60,875 bases of DNA from Chloroflexota bacterium (GCA_016781485.1 JADDQH010000006.1:1-60875); one strand, 5' to 3'. Positions 1-11,544 are shown, numbered from the stretch's first letter. A program made the numbers and translations. Notes: generated by a model from the sequence alone, not told the origin.

Positions 1-1228
1 CGGCCTCGGTCGCTCGGCGCCGCAGGCGATCCAGTTCTGCCTCTTCGGCGGCGAGGGTGCGACGCAGCGTCGCCTCGCGCTCCGTCGACTCGGCGTGTGC
101 GGATCCGGCGGTCACCAGCGCCTCGACCGCTCGCTCGAGCTCCCGCTCCACCTCCCTCAGGACGCTCTCTCCGTCATGGTCGATCTCGGGTAACGGCACC
201 GCCATACTCCGTCGCACCTGCGTAGCGCGTTCCTCGATGCCGGCGCGTTCAGAGGCGGCCCGGCCCCGATCACGACGCGCGGACGCGAGCTCGGCCATCA
301 GCCTCGCCTCCTGGAGGCGCAGCTCCGTCGTGCGGGCACGCAACCGTTCCAGCGCGTCGCGACGGTCGCGTTCCGTCCGGTCTCGCTCCACGAGCGCGAT
401 CGTCTGGTTCCGGACGTACTCCTCGGCGGCTCGAAGCTCGCGGAGTGCGCGATCGACGTCCGCTCGGGCCCCTGCGAGTGACTCTCGCGCTCGCGACGCC
501 GTCTCCTCGGCGGCCATCCACCGAACGCGGGCCGCCGCGACGAGCGCTCCCGCGAGCTCGGCCGCCGCCGTCCGTCGCGCCGACTGCTGCTCGACCTGGG
601 CAGCGAGCCGCCTGGCCTGGGGGCGGAGTTCGCCGATGATGTCGCGGACGCGTCCCAGGTTCGTCTCGGCCTCCGCGAGTCCTGACTCCGCCTGCCGTCG
701 GCGTCGCTCGTGTCGGCGAACGCCCGCTGCTTCCTCGAATAGCGGCCGCCGCTCCTCGGGTCGGAGCGCGAGGGCCTGATCGACCATCCCCTGACCGATG
801 AACAGGAATGCGTTGTCGGCGAGGTTCCCGGCCTCGAGCAGCTCCACGATCTCGCGAAGCCTCACCCGTGCCCGGTTCAGCAGATACTCGTTCTCGCCGG
901 ACCGATACAGCCTCCGGCCGAGCTCCACCTCGGCATACTCCACGGGCAACAGCCCGTCGTTGTTCTCGATCACCAGCGTCACATCTGCCATCCCGATCGC
1001 GCGGCGCTTGGCCGACCCGGCGAAGATCACGTCCTCGGCCTTGCGCGTCCGCAGCGAACGGCCTTGCTCGCCCAGCGCCCATCGGAGGGCGTCGGCAAGG
1101 TTGCTCTTGCCGCTCCCGTTCGGCCCGATCACGGCATTGATCCCCGAGCCGAACTCGACGACCGTCTTCTCCGCGAACGACTTGAACCCCACCACGCGCA
1201 GAGCGCGGAGACGAGGTCCCACGGTCAC
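1..1228 (-). CDS. smc: Chromosome segregation protein SMC, N-terminal part (runs off the window edge)
   Basis: Not in the ORF track because it has no stop in the window. My translation from GTG 1228 (overlapping the rnc TGA) gives LRVVGFKSFAEKT...VIGPNGSGKSNLADALRWALGEQ...LR...DVIFAGS...IGQG...FEEAAG, then coiled coil. The rnc-smc order is conserved. Confidence 0.95.
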   Translation of the reverse strand, partial: MTVGPRLRALRVVGFKSFAEKTVVEFGSGINAVIGPNGSGKSNLADALRWALGEQGRSLRTRKAEDVIFAGSAKRRAIGMADVTLVIENNDGLLPVEYAEVELGRRLYRSGENEYLLNRARVRLREIVELLEAGNLADNAFLFIGQGMVDQALALRPEERRPLFEEAAGVRRHERRRRQAESGLAEAETNLGRVRDIIGELRPQARRLAAQVEQQSARRTAAAELAGALVAAARVRWMAAEETASRARESLAGARADVDRALRELRAAEEYVRNQTIALVERDRTERDRRDALERLRARTTELRLQEARLMAELASARRDRGRAASERAGIEERATQVRRSMAVPLPEIDHDGESVLREVERELERAVEALVTAGSAHAESTEREATLRRTLAAEEAELDRLRRRATEA

Positions 1229-2127
1229 CTCTCGAACGGGGGACCGGAGGCGGCGCCGCGCCACTGGTCGGCGCCCCGGGCCTCGATCCCCGGCGGGTCC
1301 GTCAGCACGAGAGGCGTTCGCTCCGCGTCCACCGACTCCGGGAAGACGTCGGCGGTCTCCAGGGACACGAGCGCAGCCGCAGCAGCCTCGGTCTCGGCCG
1401 CGCGGCGGCTGCTCCCCTCACCGGTCGCGATCACGACGTCGCCGAGCAGCACCTCCACCCGGTACTGCTTTGCATGGTCGGGCCCTTCCGCGCTGATGAT
1501 GCGGTAGGTCGGCGGTCTCCCCGTGTTCGCGTAGCTGAGTTCCTGGAGTCTGCTCTTGGCGGACTTCAGTGCTCCGATCGACCGCTCGGCGTCCAGCTCG
1601 TCTTCCGCGAGTGACAGCAGCCAGGTGCGGGCAGCGTCCAGGCCGAGGTCGAGGTAGACCGCTCCCGCGACGGCCTCGAGCGCGGAGGCAAGGACGGACG
1701 GTCTCCGGCGTTCACCAGCCCGCTCGGCACCCTGGCCGAGCTGCAGGTAGGGACCGAGGTCCACCCGGTTCGCGAGGCGGGCGAGCCCCGGGCGGGAGAC
1801 GATCGCAGCGCGCCGCGTCGTGAGGCACCCCTCGTCATCGGTCTGGTACCGCGAGAAGAGCGCCTCTGAGAAGACCAGGGATACGACGGAGTCACCGAGG
1901 AACTCGAGCCGTTCGTTGCACATGACCCGGCTGCCCGGGTGCTCGTTGACGAAGCTGCTGTGGACCAGGGCCTGTTCCAGGAGCGTCAGGTCCCGGAACG
2001 GCAGCCCGAGTCGAACCGCGAGATCGGCTGCCGCTCTCGCCCTGTCACCCCCCGACGTCGGGTTACTGCCCCATCCGCTCGTCGATGTAGTCGACGGCTT
2101 CCTGTACGGTCCGGATCCGCTCCGCAT
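1225..2127 (-). CDS. rnc: Ribonuclease III (start uncertain)
   Basis: Signature [25 protein letters not shown], and C-terminal dsRBD (KSRLQE...GPDHAK...[12 protein letters not shown]). See the finding on its start codon. Confidence 0.95.
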   Translation of the reverse strand: MRSGSGPYRKPSTTSTSGWGSNPTSGGDRARAAADLAVRLGLPFRDLTLLEQALVHSSFVNEHPGSRVMCNERLEFLGDSVVSLVFSEALFSRYQTDDEGCLTTRRAAIVSRPGLARLANRVDLGPYLQLGQGAERAGERRRPSVLASALEAVAGAVYLDLGLDAARTWLLSLAEDELDAERSIGALKSAKSRLQELSYANTGRPPTYRIISAEGPDHAKQYRVEVLLGDVVIATGEGSSRRAAETEAAAAALVSLETADVFPESVDAERTPLVLTDPPGIEARGADQWRGAASGPPFER

Positions 2128-2305
2128 CCTCGTCGGAGATCTCCGTACCGAACTCCTCCTCGAGGCTCATGATCAGCTCGACGAGATCGAGGGAGTCCGC
2201 GTTCAGATCGTCCACGAAGGACGCTTCGGGCTTCACGTCCTCCTCGTCGACGCCGAGCTGCTCGACGACGATCTTCTTCAGACGATCGTAGGTCTCGGTG
2301 CTCAC
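2063..2305 (-). CDS. acpP: Acyl carrier protein
   Basis: 80 aa acidic protein with the [14 protein letters not shown] phosphopantetheine motif. Confidence 0.97.
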   Translation of the reverse strand: MSTETYDRLKKIVVEQLGVDEEDVKPEASFVDDLNADSLDLVELIMSLEEEFGTEISDEDAERIRTVQEAVDYIDERMGQ

Positions 2306-2856
2306 CCGCTCTCCTCCCTGTGGCGACGTGACGTCGCCCTTGGCCGCCGCCGACCCCCCACCGGCGAGTCCCGCCCGGTCGATGCCGCCTCCCTCGCGAC
2401 CTGTCCGAGCACACCGTTGAGTAGGCGCCGAGCTGGCTCGCCGCTGTACTCACGCGCCAGTTCCACCCATTCGGAGATGGTCACCCGGGCCGGCGTCGCG
2501 GGCGAGTGTAGCAGTTCGCCAAGCCCGGAACGCAACAACGCGCGGTCGATCCGCGCGAGCTGGCCGACGGGATACGCAGGGGCGACGCGAGCCAGGAGTG
2601 CGTCGATCGAGTCGCGATGACGGACGACTGCGTCGACGATCTCGCGCGCGTATCCGGCGGTTCCCGCGTCTGGTGCCGTCTCGCCGAGGTGGCGCTCGAG
2701 CACGCTGGCCGCCGTCCGCTGACCGAAGTCCGCCTCGAACACGGTCGCGAGGGCGATCCGTCGCCCGAGTCGCCGCGGCTCATTGCCCGCCGAACGCGCC
2801 GCATCCAGGATCCCGCGCCCGAGGGGCAGTGCCGCTGTCTCCTCGACCTCGCTCAT
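2302..2856 (-). CDS. nusB: Transcription antitermination factor NusB
   Basis: RRLGRRIAL...IDRALLR....E......[13 protein letters not shown]......LNGVLG matches the NusB pattern. Confidence 0.9.
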   Translation of the reverse strand: MSEVEETAALPLGRGILDAARSAGNEPRRLGRRIALATVFEADFGQRTAASVLERHLGETAPDAGTAGYAREIVDAVVRHRDSIDALLARVAPAYPVGQLARIDRALLRSGLGELLHSPATPARVTISEWVELAREYSGEPARRLLNGVLGQVAREAASTGRDSPVGGRRRPRATSRRHREESG

Positions 2857-2876
2857 CGTCGTCGGGCTCTCAAGCG

Positions 2877-3968
2877 CTACCCTTCCGCCGCCGCCACCGC
2901 GCGGACCACGCCGTCCGCGGCGGCCGGCGCGGGGTCGGCCGCCAGAGCCGCGGAGATGCGCTCTGGGATGCGTGCCCGCGCGGCAGCCGCTCCCACCTCT
3001 ACCGCGTACGCGACCATCCGCCGCTTGGCGCGACCATGCGTGATGAGGACGGTCCCCCGCACGCCCAGCAGAGGCGCCCCGCCGAAGCGCTCGTAGTCGA
3101 ACCGCTTCCGGATCCGTTGCAGCCCCGGGCGCATGAAGAGATACCCGAGGGGCCCGAACGGAGGGCGGCGGAACTCGGCCCGCAGCAGCCCGAAGATGTG
3201 ACTCGAGAGTCCCTCGAAGAACTTGATCGTGACGTTGCCGACGGACGCGTCGCAGACGATGACGTCGGCCGGGTGCGCCGGGAGGTCTTTCCCCTCGACG
3301 TTGCCGAGGAACCGAAGGTCCGTCTCCTTGAGGAGCGATGTTGCCTCCTGGACCCGCGCCTCCCCCTTGCCTCCCTCCTCGCCGATGGAGAGCAACGCCA
3401 CCGACGGCTCGACGACGCCCAGCACACGCTGCGCGAAGATCGTGCCCATCCGCGCGTACTGGGCCAGGTTGAGCCCTGTCGAGTCGGTCGTCGCGCCGAT
3501 GTCAAGCAGCACGAACGGACCCTTGTCGGTGACCATCTGGACCGCGAGAGCGGGCCGGTCGACTCCTCGCAGGCGCCCGAGATGGAGGATCGCGGAGGCG
3601 ACTCCGGCGCCTGTGTGGCCCGCGGTCACCACGGCGTCCGCGCGCCGCTCGCGGACCAGTCGCATCGCGACGTTGATGCTCGCCTCGCGCTTGCGTCGCA
3701 CGGCGGCCGCAGGGTGCTCGTGCATCGCCACGGATTCGCTCGCCTGGATCAGCGTCACGTTGCGCGGCAGGTCCCCGACGAGATGCTCACGCATCCGTGG
3801 CTCGTCGCCGACGAGCAGGACGTCCGTCTCGGGATGCTCACCCGCCCACGTCACGGCGCCGACCACGATCTCCGCGGGCGCGTGGTCGCCGCCCATCGCG
3901 TCAACGGCCACCCGGACGCGCCGATGCTCGTCGCCGTCGATCCGCAGGGAGAGTCCGGCCAGGTCCAT
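2877..3968 (-). CDS. plsX: Phosphate acyltransferase PlsX
   Basis: VAVDAMGGDHAP, AGHTGA, DRPAL, GEEGGKG, FLGNVEG, GGAPLLGV, HG motifs; located after rpmF. Confidence 0.96.
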   Translation of the reverse strand: MDLAGLSLRIDGDEHRRVRVAVDAMGGDHAPAEIVVGAVTWAGEHPETDVLLVGDEPRMREHLVGDLPRNVTLIQASESVAMHEHPAAAVRRKREASINVAMRLVRERRADAVVTAGHTGAGVASAILHLGRLRGVDRPALAVQMVTDKGPFVLLDIGATTDSTGLNLAQYARMGTIFAQRVLGVVEPSVALLSIGEEGGKGEARVQEATSLLKETDLRFLGNVEGKDLPAHPADVIVCDASVGNVTIKFFEGLSSHIFGLLRAEFRRPPFGPLGYLFMRPGLQRIRKRFDYERFGGAPLLGVRGTVLITHGRAKRRMVAYAVEVGAAAARARIPERISAALAADPAPAAADGVVRAVAAAEG

Positions 3969-3975
3969 CTGCCGC

Positions 3976-3981
3976 AGCCTA
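3976..3981 (-). promoter_or_regulatory. Putative -10 box (TAGGCT) 7 nt upstream of the plsX ATG, leaderless type
   Basis: Minus strand reads TAGGCT-GCGGCAG-ATG with no SD. Confidence 0.5.
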
Positions 3982-4027
3982 TCCTGCCGCGCCGCGCGCG
4001 GCTATCGCGTCTCTGTCCCTGCCCGTG

Positions 4028-4234
4028 TCAGGACGGGTTCGCTTCCTTCGGCGTCCGCTGCTTGATCCGGACCGCCTCGCGCCCCGCGTAGTAGCCGCAG
4101 TTCGGGCAGGCGTGGTGCGTCTGCTTCCGCTCGTGGCAGTGCGGGCACTCCTCGAGCGTCGGGACCGTCAGCGCCTGGTGCGCGCGATGGTCGCCCTGGC
4201 TCGCGTGCGACTTCCGTCGCTTGGGTACACCCAT
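4028..4234 (-). CDS. rpmF: 50S ribosomal protein L32 (Zn-ribbon form)
   Basis: MGVPKRRKS...CPHC...HHACPNCGYY; GAGGAG SD upstream. Confidence 0.96.
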   Translation of the reverse strand: MGVPKRRKSHASQGDHRAHQALTVPTLEECPHCHERKQTHHACPNCGYYAGREAVRIKQRTPKEANPS

Positions 4235-4242
4235 GGTTGCTG

Positions 4243-4866
4243 TTACTCCTCTTGGTTGTGGGGCTCACCCTGATGCAGGGTGATGTCGGTGGACTTGCGG
4301 CGGGATGGCGGTTCGCCCGCTTCAGGGCGTCCGTCGGAGCGCTCGGAGCTCCACGTGCCGAGTGCCGCGAGTCGGGGGTCGATCTCCTCACCCTCGTGCA
4401 GGTGACCGGGGTCTGCGTTCAGGTCGAAGCCACAGACGGAGCACAGGCCGCGGCAATCGGGGCGGTGAAGGGGCGCGATCGGCTGTGCGAGCGAGATCGC
4501 CTCTCGCGCCGGTTCCGAGAGATCGAGTTCGTGGTGCTCGTCGAGCCGAAGGGCGTCCGGCTCAGCGGAGAAATCGACCGGCACGCCGGTCTCGAAGTCG
4601 ATCGACGGGAGCGCCTCTTCCTGCAGGTTGACCGTGATCGGCGCGACCATCGGCTGCAGACACCTGCTGCACGTCTCCTCGAGGGCGGTGGTCAGCTCGG
4701 CGCCGGCGAGGACGCTCCGCCCCGTCCGAGTGAGCCGCACCTCTCCCTCGATCGGTGCCGCCAGTTGGACGTCCTCTGCGATCTCCAGCTGCTCACCGCG
4801 GACCGGATAGGTCCGAGTGGTGCCGGGAGCGGAACGCAGGAGACCTGCCACGTTGAACGTGAGCAT
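4243..4866 (-). CDS. yceD: DUF177/YceD family 23S rRNA accumulation protein
   Basis: CSRCL, P....CRGLCSVCG.DLN, IDPRLAAL motifs; directly upstream of rpmF. Confidence 0.9.
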   Translation of the reverse strand: MLTFNVAGLLRSAPGTTRTYPVRGEQLEIAEDVQLAAPIEGEVRLTRTGRSVLAGAELTTALEETCSRCLQPMVAPITVNLQEEALPSIDFETGVPVDFSAEPDALRLDEHHELDLSEPAREAISLAQPIAPLHRPDCRGLCSVCGFDLNADPGHLHEGEEIDPRLAALGTWSSERSDGRPEAGEPPSRRKSTDITLHQGEPHNQEE

Positions 4867-4872
4867 CGGTGG

Positions 4873-5433
4873 TCAGCGAGCATTCCCGCCTGACCGCGCC
4901 GTCTCCACCGCGGCGGCGACCTGGCCGTTGCCGGGCTCACCGTCGGCCTGACCGTCGCCCTCGCCATCGACCTGACCGTCCGCGGATCCCCGCCGATCGT
5001 CCAGCAGGGCGAGTCCGCGTTGGATGCTTTGCAGCGCTTTGGCGCACTCGCCCTCGAGCCGCAGAAGCACGCTCACCGCGTACGCGTCCGCGCCGCGGCG
5101 CACTTCTTCGGCCTGCGCCTCCGCCTCAGCGATGATCTCCTGCGACCGGAGCTCCGCGGCACGAGTCAGCTCGCGCTCCTCGATCAGGAACGCGGCCTGC
5201 TCCTGCGCGCGCGCGATGATGCCGTCGGCTTCTTCCTGTGCATTCGCGATGATCCGCTCGGTCTCCTGGGAGATGCGCTTTGCCTGGCGGACCTCTTCGG
5301 GCACGGACGCGCGCAGCTGGTCGATCAGGTCGAGTGCCCCGGACTGATCGACGACGACGTTGTTCGTCAGCGGCAGCCGCTTCCCGTTCGCGATCAGCGA
5401 CTCGAGCCGCTCGACCAGGAAGATGATGTCGAT
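4873..5433 (-). CDS. Conserved coiled-coil protein of the coaD-yceD neighbourhood (often annotated ATPase or ATP synthase subunit B-like); probable ATC start
   Basis: IDIIFLVERLESLI..GKRLPLT..VVVD....LDLIDQLRASVPEEVRQA, then AE-rich coiled coil and GADAYA. The ORF-track start at 5466 overlaps a -10 box, whereas AAGGAGG lies 7 nt before ATC 5433. Confidence 0.8.
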   Translation of the reverse strand: MDIIFLVERLESLIANGKRLPLTNNVVVDQSGALDLIDQLRASVPEEVRQAKRISQETERIIANAQEEADGIIARAQEQAAFLIEERELTRAAELRSQEIIAEAEAQAEEVRRGADAYAVSVLLRLEGECAKALQSIQRGLALLDDRRGSADGQVDGEGDGQADGEPGNGQVAAAVETARSGGNAR

Positions 5434-5467
5434 GGGAGGGCCTCCTTGCGGCAGGTGATGCGCCATT

Positions 5468-6538
<1,071 letters not shown>

Positions 6539-6546
<8 letters not shown>

Positions 6547-8710
6547 CGCTCGCCGGCTCTCCGGCCGCGATCCGTGCCAGCCAGCCTTGCTGCAGCTCAC
6601 GGCGAAGTGGTGCGTAACGGTCGAGCGGCAGCGTCCCGTCCGCATCCAGAAGCTCCTCCGCCTGCGCCCGCGCCCGGCCGGCCAGTTCGCGGTGGTCGCT
6701 GCGCTGCAGGGACGCCACGCGCAACCGGGGAAGGCCGCTCTGCGTCAGGCCGAGGACATCACCCTCCCGACGCAGCTCGAAATCCGCCTCGGCGAGAGCG
6801 AAGCCGTCACGCGTCCGGACGACGGCCTCGAGCCGCTTCAGGGCGACCTCGTCGGTCGTATCGGTGACGAGCACGCAGTACGACTCCGCGTTCCCGCGGC
6901 CGACGCGCCCCCGCAACTGGTGGAGTTGGGCGAGACCGAACCGGTCGGCGCCCTCGACGATCATCAGCGTCGCCTCGGGGACGTCCACGCCCACCTCCAC
7001 GACGGTCGTCCCGACGAGCACGTCGAGATCACCGTCGCGAAAGTGCGCCATCTCCGCGTCTCGCTCGGCTGGCTTCATCCGACCGTGGACGAGCCCGACG
7101 CGGACCGGCGCCAGCAGCTCTCGGAGCCGAACGGCCTCGGTCTCGGCGGCGATCGCGCCCTCCTCCTCCGACTCCTCGATGAGCGGCACGACGACGAACG
7201 TCCTGTGGCCCCGGCTCGCCTCCTCGCGCACCTTCTCCCACGTGCCCGCGAGCTCATCCGACCGTCGGATCCCCGTCCGGATCGGGATCCGCCCCTCCGG
7301 CGGCGTGCGCAGGTCAGAGACGTCGAGGTCCGCGTACAGCACCTGCCCCAGCGTGCGCGGGATGGGCGTCGCGGTCATCAGCAGGACGTGGGGTGCGGAC
7401 CCACCGGCCTTTTCCTCCAGCTGGCCGCGTTGCTCGACGCCGAACCGGTGCTGTTCGTCGATCACCACGACCGCCAGTCTGGCGAACGAGACCCGCGCCT
7501 GGAGGAGCGCGTGGGTCCCGACGACCACCGCCGCCTGCCCATTCGCGATCGCGTCGAGCGCGGACCGCGTCCCGGCGGCGCTCAGCGAGCCGGTCAATAG
7601 CGTGACCGGCACGCCGACGTGCTCCAGGAGGAGCGAGAGGGTCGCGGCGTGCTGCCGCGCGAGCAGGTCGGTGGGTGCGAGCAGAGCGCCCTGGAACCCG
7701 CATTCGGCGGCGAGCCCCAGTGCGTACGCGGCGACAGCCGTCTTCCCGGAGCCCACGTCGCCCTGAAGGAGACGGAGCATGGGCTGGTCTCGCGACACGT
7801 CCTCCCTGACCGCCTCGATCGCGCGCTTCTGGTCCTCGGTCAGGTCCACTGCGCGCCCCACCCTCGCCGACAGCGCCCCCCTGATGGAGCGCTCGAGCTC
7901 TCCTTCCCGCGTCCGCTTCATCGGGAGAGGGTGGGCCGAGCTCGCCGAGCGCAGCCGCCGTCGCGCGACCATGCCCACCTGGAGCGCGAGGAGCTCGTCG
8001 AACGCGAGCCGCTCGAGTGCCTCGTCCCGGTCGCCGAAGCTCCCGGGGTAGTGGGCGTGCGCCACCGCCTCCCCGATCCCGACCAACCCCTCCCCCTCCC
8101 TGATCGCTTCCGGCAGGTACTCACGATACGGGCCGTATCGCTCCAGCGCGTCCCCGATCGCGGCACGCAACGTCCGGGCGGTGATGCCCGTGGTGAGCCG
8201 GTAGACGGGCACGATCCGGCCGGCATGGAGGATGGTCGAGCCATCGTCACGCTCGAACTCGGGGTCATCGAAGCTGGGGATGAAGCCCCTGTGCCGGATC
8301 TTCCCACTGATCACGACTCGGTCGCCCTCGCGGAGACGACGCTCGATGAAGCGTCGCCCGAACCAGGTCGCCTCTGCCTCGCCCGTCTTGTCGCGCAGGT
8401 ATGCGGTCGTGCGCTGGACCCTCCTCCGGAATGTCTGCTCGACGCGGATCCCGGTCACCTCGACGCGCGCGCTCGCACGCTCGCCTTCATCGAGCGTGCG
8501 CACCTCCGCGAGCGTTCGCAGCTCCCGCAGGTCCTCGTACCGCCGCGGCAGGTGGAACAGGAGGTCGCGAACGGTGTGGATACCGAGCCGCTTTCCAACA
8601 CGCCGGAGTGCGGCCGCTCCCGGGAGGCCCGTCGAGCCGACGGGCGTGTCGAGGGGATCGGCCGGCGAGACGGGCGTCGACCGCTCTCTCACAGCCACGA
8701 CTGCGGCCAC
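6539..8710 (-). CDS. recG: ATP-dependent DNA helicase RecG (start approximate)
   Basis: DLLFHLPRRYED, LLQGDVGSGKT, IDEQHRFGV, MTATPIPRTL, FGLAQLHQLRGRVGRG. GTG 8710 chosen so the gene does not overlap the DAK2 gene. Confidence 0.95.
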
Positions 8711-8777
8711 CGTCAGTCGCCCCCCGTCCCGCGATGCTCTCCCGACGCCGGCGCCGCCGCGCCTCCTGCCCTCAGGT

Positions 8778-10628
8778 TCATTCGGCCGCGATGACGTATC
8801 GGTGGTGGGGTTGCCCACCCTCGATGACCTCGACGTCGACGCCCTCGATCGCCGTTCGGATCGCGTCGGCGAGCTGCGCGGCCTCTCGTTCACCCACGCC
8901 CTCGCCGTAGTACAGCGTGACGAGCTCGAAGCCTGGGTCAAGTCGGGAGAGCGCCTCGACGCTGGCCACTACCGGATCCTCGCCTGCTGCGACGAGCCCC
9001 TCGTCCGGATCCAATGCCATGACCTGACCCTTCGCCACCCATCGCTCGCCGACGCGCCCATCACGGATCGCCTCGGTCACGTGCAGCGTTCGTACCGCTC
9101 GGGCTGCGTCGGTCATCCTCCGCGCGTTCCCCGCGGCATCGCGGTGGGGGTCGAGCGCGAGCAGCGCCGCGAAGCCCTCGGCGCTGTTCCGGGTGGGGAC
9201 GACGACGACCCGCTTCTCGCGGCTGAGCTCGCCCGCCCGCTCTGCTGCAAGCGTCGCGTTCGGGTTGTTCGGGAGCAGCAGGACCTCGTCGGTCTCCGTG
9301 GCCCGGATCGCGCGGAGCAGCTCTCCGGTGGACGGGTTGTCCCCCTGACCGCCGCGCACGATGTGACGTACCCCGAAGCTCGCGAATACCCGCTCCAGTC
9401 CGTGCCCAGAGGTGACGACGACGATGTCAGGGGCGGACGAGGCCGGGCCGGAACGAGCCGGCTCGGCGGGCGGCGCGGGCGATGCGGGAACGGACCCCGA
9501 TCCCAAGGGGTCCGATCCGAGCGGCGCGGAGATCGATTCCCTCGCACGCGCCTCGCGTAGGTCGTCGACCTGCTCGTCCAGGTTCTCGATCGTGATGCGG
9601 GTCAGGGAGCCGAGTGCGAGCCCGTACGCGACGACCTGGTCGGGTCGGTCGTTGTGGACGTGGACCTTGACGGCGCGGGTGTCGCCGGCGACGAGCACGG
9701 AGTCGCCGATCGACTCCAGGTCCGCGCGGATCGCGGCGACGTCGAGGGGAGTCGAGCGCGCCGTCAGCAGGAAGATCGTCTCGTAGCCGAAGTCCGCACG
9801 CGCTCCATCGGGGTGGCGGTGGTCGCGTGCTCCGGCGCGAGGCGGGACGGCCGTCGGGTTCGGCGCCAGCGGCGGTGCCGCGACCGGGATGGCGTGCAAC
9901 GGAAGCGGGACCCCTGCGAGATGGCTGAGCGCAGCCTGAAGGACGATCTCGAGACCTCTACCGCCGGCGTCGACGACGCCGGCGTCGCGCAGCAGAGGCA
10001 ATAGCGACGGGGTGTTCGCGACCGACCGCCCCGCCGCGGTGACGGTCGCCGCAACGACCGAGGCGAACGTCGGATCGTGCTCCGCCGCCTGCGACGCGCC
10101 CGCCGCCGTCTCTCGGATGACCGTCAGGATGGTGCCGTCGACGGGCCGAGCGACGGCGTGGTGGCTCGCCTCGCTCCCTCGGCGAAGTGCAGCCGCGAGG
10201 GCGACCCCGTCGAACGACCCCCCATCACCGAGCTCTTCCGCGATCCCGCGGATGATCTGCGACAGGATGACGCCGCTGTTTCCCCGAGCCCCCATCAGCG
10301 CGCCGAAGCTGATGGCTCCCGCGATCCGCCCGACGGTCCGTTCCTCCTCGGGCACGAGCTTCGCCTCCTCGAGCGCCGCGCGCATCGTCGCGAGCATGTT
10401 CGAGCCGGTGTCACCGTCCGGCACGGGGAAGACGTTCAGGGCGTTGAGCTCCTCGGCGCTCGCGGCGAGACCCATCACCGACGACTCCAGCGCGCCCAGG
10501 AGCAGCGAGCCGTCGCATGCGCGACCGTGGGAGGCGTCGCCAGCGGCCTCCCGGCGTCGGCGGGCGCCGAAGTCCGATCCCGTCCTGGTGGGCGTCGCCT
10601 TGCGGCGGGCGGACGGGCCAGATGGCAA
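8778..10628 (-). CDS. fakA: DAK2-domain fatty acid kinase catalytic subunit FakA/YloV family
   Basis: LNALNVFPVPDGDTGSNM, GARGNSGVILSQ, GTILTV, VVDAGG, GYET, VKVHVH, GGQ..NPS, LLPNNPN, GGQP..Y; TTG start with GGAGGTG SD. Confidence 0.9.
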   Translation of the reverse strand: MPSGPSARRKATPTRTGSDFGARRRREAAGDASHGRACDGSLLLGALESSVMGLAASAEELNALNVFPVPDGDTGSNMLATMRAALEEAKLVPEEERTVGRIAGAISFGALMGARGNSGVILSQIIRGIAEELGDGGSFDGVALAAALRRGSEASHHAVARPVDGTILTVIRETAAGASQAAEHDPTFASVVAATVTAAGRSVANTPSLLPLLRDAGVVDAGGRGLEIVLQAALSHLAGVPLPLHAIPVAAPPLAPNPTAVPPRAGARDHRHPDGARADFGYETIFLLTARSTPLDVAAIRADLESIGDSVLVAGDTRAVKVHVHNDRPDQVVAYGLALGSLTRITIENLDEQVDDLREARARESISAPLGSDPLGSGSVPASPAPPAEPARSGPASSAPDIVVVTSGHGLERVFASFGVRHIVRGGQGDNPSTGELLRAIRATETDEVLLLPNNPNATLAAERAGELSREKRVVVVPTRNSAEGFAALLALDPHRDAAGNARRMTDAARAVRTLHVTEAIRDGRVGERWVAKGQVMALDPDEGLVAAGEDPVVASVEALSRLDPGFELVTLYYGEGVGEREAAQLADAIRTAIEGVDVEVIEGGQPHHRYVIAAE

Positions 10629-10744
10629 CCTCGGTCACCTCCGCTGACTCGGGCTTCGACCGTCCCCGACCGGGCGGCCGAGCCGGCGGCTCTCTCGCCC
10701 GTCCCGATCGCCGGGCTCGCAGCGTCTGAAGCGACACCGCCGCG

Positions 10745-10753
10745 TGCTATAGT
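10745..10753 (+). promoter_or_regulatory. Extended -10 promoter (TGcTATAGT) for rpmB
   Basis: TG-N-TATAGT lies 55 nt upstream of the rpmB ATG. Confidence 0.6.
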
Positions 10754-10808
10754 ACCGACCCCGTGAGGCCGTCTTCGGCCCTCTTTTCCCCTGACACCTG
10801 AGGCATCA

Positions 10809-11003
10809 ATGGCACGCTCCTGCGCCGTCTGCGGCAAGGTCTCGATGGGCGGGTTCAACCCGCAGTCGAGCGGCATGAACCGTGTTCGCGCCCACCGCCG
10901 CTACGAGCCGAACCTCCAGCCGCTCACGATCGACAAGGGCGGTGCGCAGGTCAAGGCGCTCGTCTGCACCCGCTGCCGTCGCACCCTCCGCAGGACCGAG
11001 TAG
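10809..11003 (+). CDS. rpmB: 50S ribosomal protein L28
   Basis: MARSCAVCGK...RRYEPNLQ...VCTRCRR; divergent from the DAK2 gene as is typical. Confidence 0.93.
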   Translation: MARSCAVCGKVSMGGFNPQSSGMNRVRAHRRYEPNLQPLTIDKGGAQVKALVCTRCRRTLRRTE

Positions 11004-11064
11004 ATCGGGCCCGCCCCCGTCGACATCGTCGGCCCGCGGCGAGACCCCTGGCGCTCTCGACGCG

Positions 11065-11511
11065 CTAACCGGCTTCGCTGTCGAGCCAGATCGTCATCGG
11101 GCCGTCGTTGACGAGCTCGACCCTCATCTCGGCTCCGAAGACCCCTTGTTCGACGCGCACCCCGCGCGCCCCGGCAGCGGCTGCGAAGAGCTCGTAGAGC
11201 CGCTCCGCGACGCCCGGCGGCGCGGCTCCAAGGAATGACGGTCGCCGCCCCTTCCGCGCATCGGCGAACAGCGTGAACTGGCTGATGGCGAGGAGCTCAC
11301 CGCTGACGTCGAGCAGCGACCGGTTGGTCTTTCCTTCCTCGTCCCGGAAGATCCGTAGCTCCACGACCTTGGTCGCCATCGACTCCGCGACCTCCCCGGT
11401 GTCGTCCGGTCCGACGCCGACCAGCACGACAAGCCCATGTGCGATCCGCCCGACGACCTCTCCCTCGACCTCGACGTGGGCGCGGGTCACCCGCTGGAGC
11501 AGTACGCGCAC
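11065..11511 (-). CDS. dtd: D-aminoacyl-tRNA deacylase
   Basis: [44 protein letters not shown]. Confidence 0.96.
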   Translation of the reverse strand: MRVLLQRVTRAHVEVEGEVVGRIAHGLVVLVGVGPDDTGEVAESMATKVVELRIFRDEEGKTNRSLLDVSGELLAISQFTLFADARKGRRPSFLGAAPPGVAERLYELFAAAAGARGVRVEQGVFGAEMRVELVNDGPMTIWLDSEAG

Positions 11512-11544
11512 GCTAACCGCGGGTGGTTCGAGCGAGACCTCGCG

